Shown here: piece by piece, positions 31,938 to 32,000 of the stretch
Layout: each line of letters opens with the position of its first letter
How positions within the stretch are numbered: position 1 is the stretch's first letter
Origin: Polynucleobacter paneuropaeus
Lineage (GTDB): Bacteria > Pseudomonadota > Gammaproteobacteria > Burkholderiales > Burkholderiaceae
Length of the DNA stretch: 32,000 bases
Direction: 5' to 3'
Assembly (NCBI RefSeq): GCF_003261235.1
Contig: NZ_CP030085.1
Location: 1,779,988 to 1,811,987 of the forward strand
Notes under the pieces: model-generated
Told to the model about the DNA's origin: nothing
Seen by the model: the letters and a program-made list of their open reading frames with translations, nothing else
Database searches by the model: none
Made by a program: the position numbers and the translations under genes

Positions 31938-32000
31938 ATACCCCGCACGAAGCAGGGCATTATTTAAATCTTGGTGGCCCGGGGCGGAATCCACAAGAGC
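31938..32000 (-). repeat. T-element copy 13 (CCCCGCACGAAGCAGGG hairpin variant), cut by the window edge
   Basis: Core TGGTGGCCCGGGGCGGAATCCAC from 31972. Confidence 0.8.

Noticed and set aside
567-32000. CRISPR array formed by the 13 direct repeats
   Set aside because: Spacing is irregular, from hundreds of bp to 15 kb. The intervals are protein-coding genes, the repeats are about 75 nt with tRNA likeness, and there are no cas genes.
1-32000. IS element or transposase as the source of the repeats
   Set aside because: No transposase-like ORF was found. The repeats are direct, not terminal inverted, and no obvious target-site duplications were seen.

Overview
AT-rich (about 40-45% GC by eye) proteobacterial chromosome segment with Burkholderiales-like gene content, possibly a Polynucleobacter-type freshwater betaproteobacterium (inference only). 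Two diverged direct copies of a sulfur-metabolism block bracket the window at 1-4059 and 27081-30586: a SorA-like Mo-oxidoreductase, a TauE/SafE permease and an MBL-fold hydrolase. The rest is accessory DNA of three kinds. (i) Arrays of one-gene or one-operon units: YefM-YoeB, BrnT-BrnA, lipoproteins, a tautomerase, an LpxL-like acyltransferase, DUF1003 and a six-gene envelope/FGE operon. They are separated by a ~75-nt repeat (called T-element here) that mimics the 3' end of tRNA-Phe (T-loop, acceptor strand, ACCA) followed by a terminator hairpin. There are 13 copies, all in one orientation, usually starting within a few nt of a minus-strand stop codon. (ii) A ~15 kb island (about 7.0-22.0 kb) flanked by identical 26-nt cores of that repeat. 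It carries two tyrosine recombinases, an RFC-like AAA+ ATPase, many orphan genes and a restriction-modification-like operon beside a WYL-domain regulator. The operon encodes a degenerate MTase-like protein, an Eco57I-family N6A methyltransferase and a T5orf172/GIY-YIG-like + SF2 helicase fusion. (iii) A second repeat family of 15-nt GTCnTTTTAAAnGAC palindromes and ~160-260-nt modular composites built from them. I found no rRNA, intact tRNA, CRISPR array or transposase. The most interesting signal is the integron-like cassette organisation built on a tRNA-derived site.
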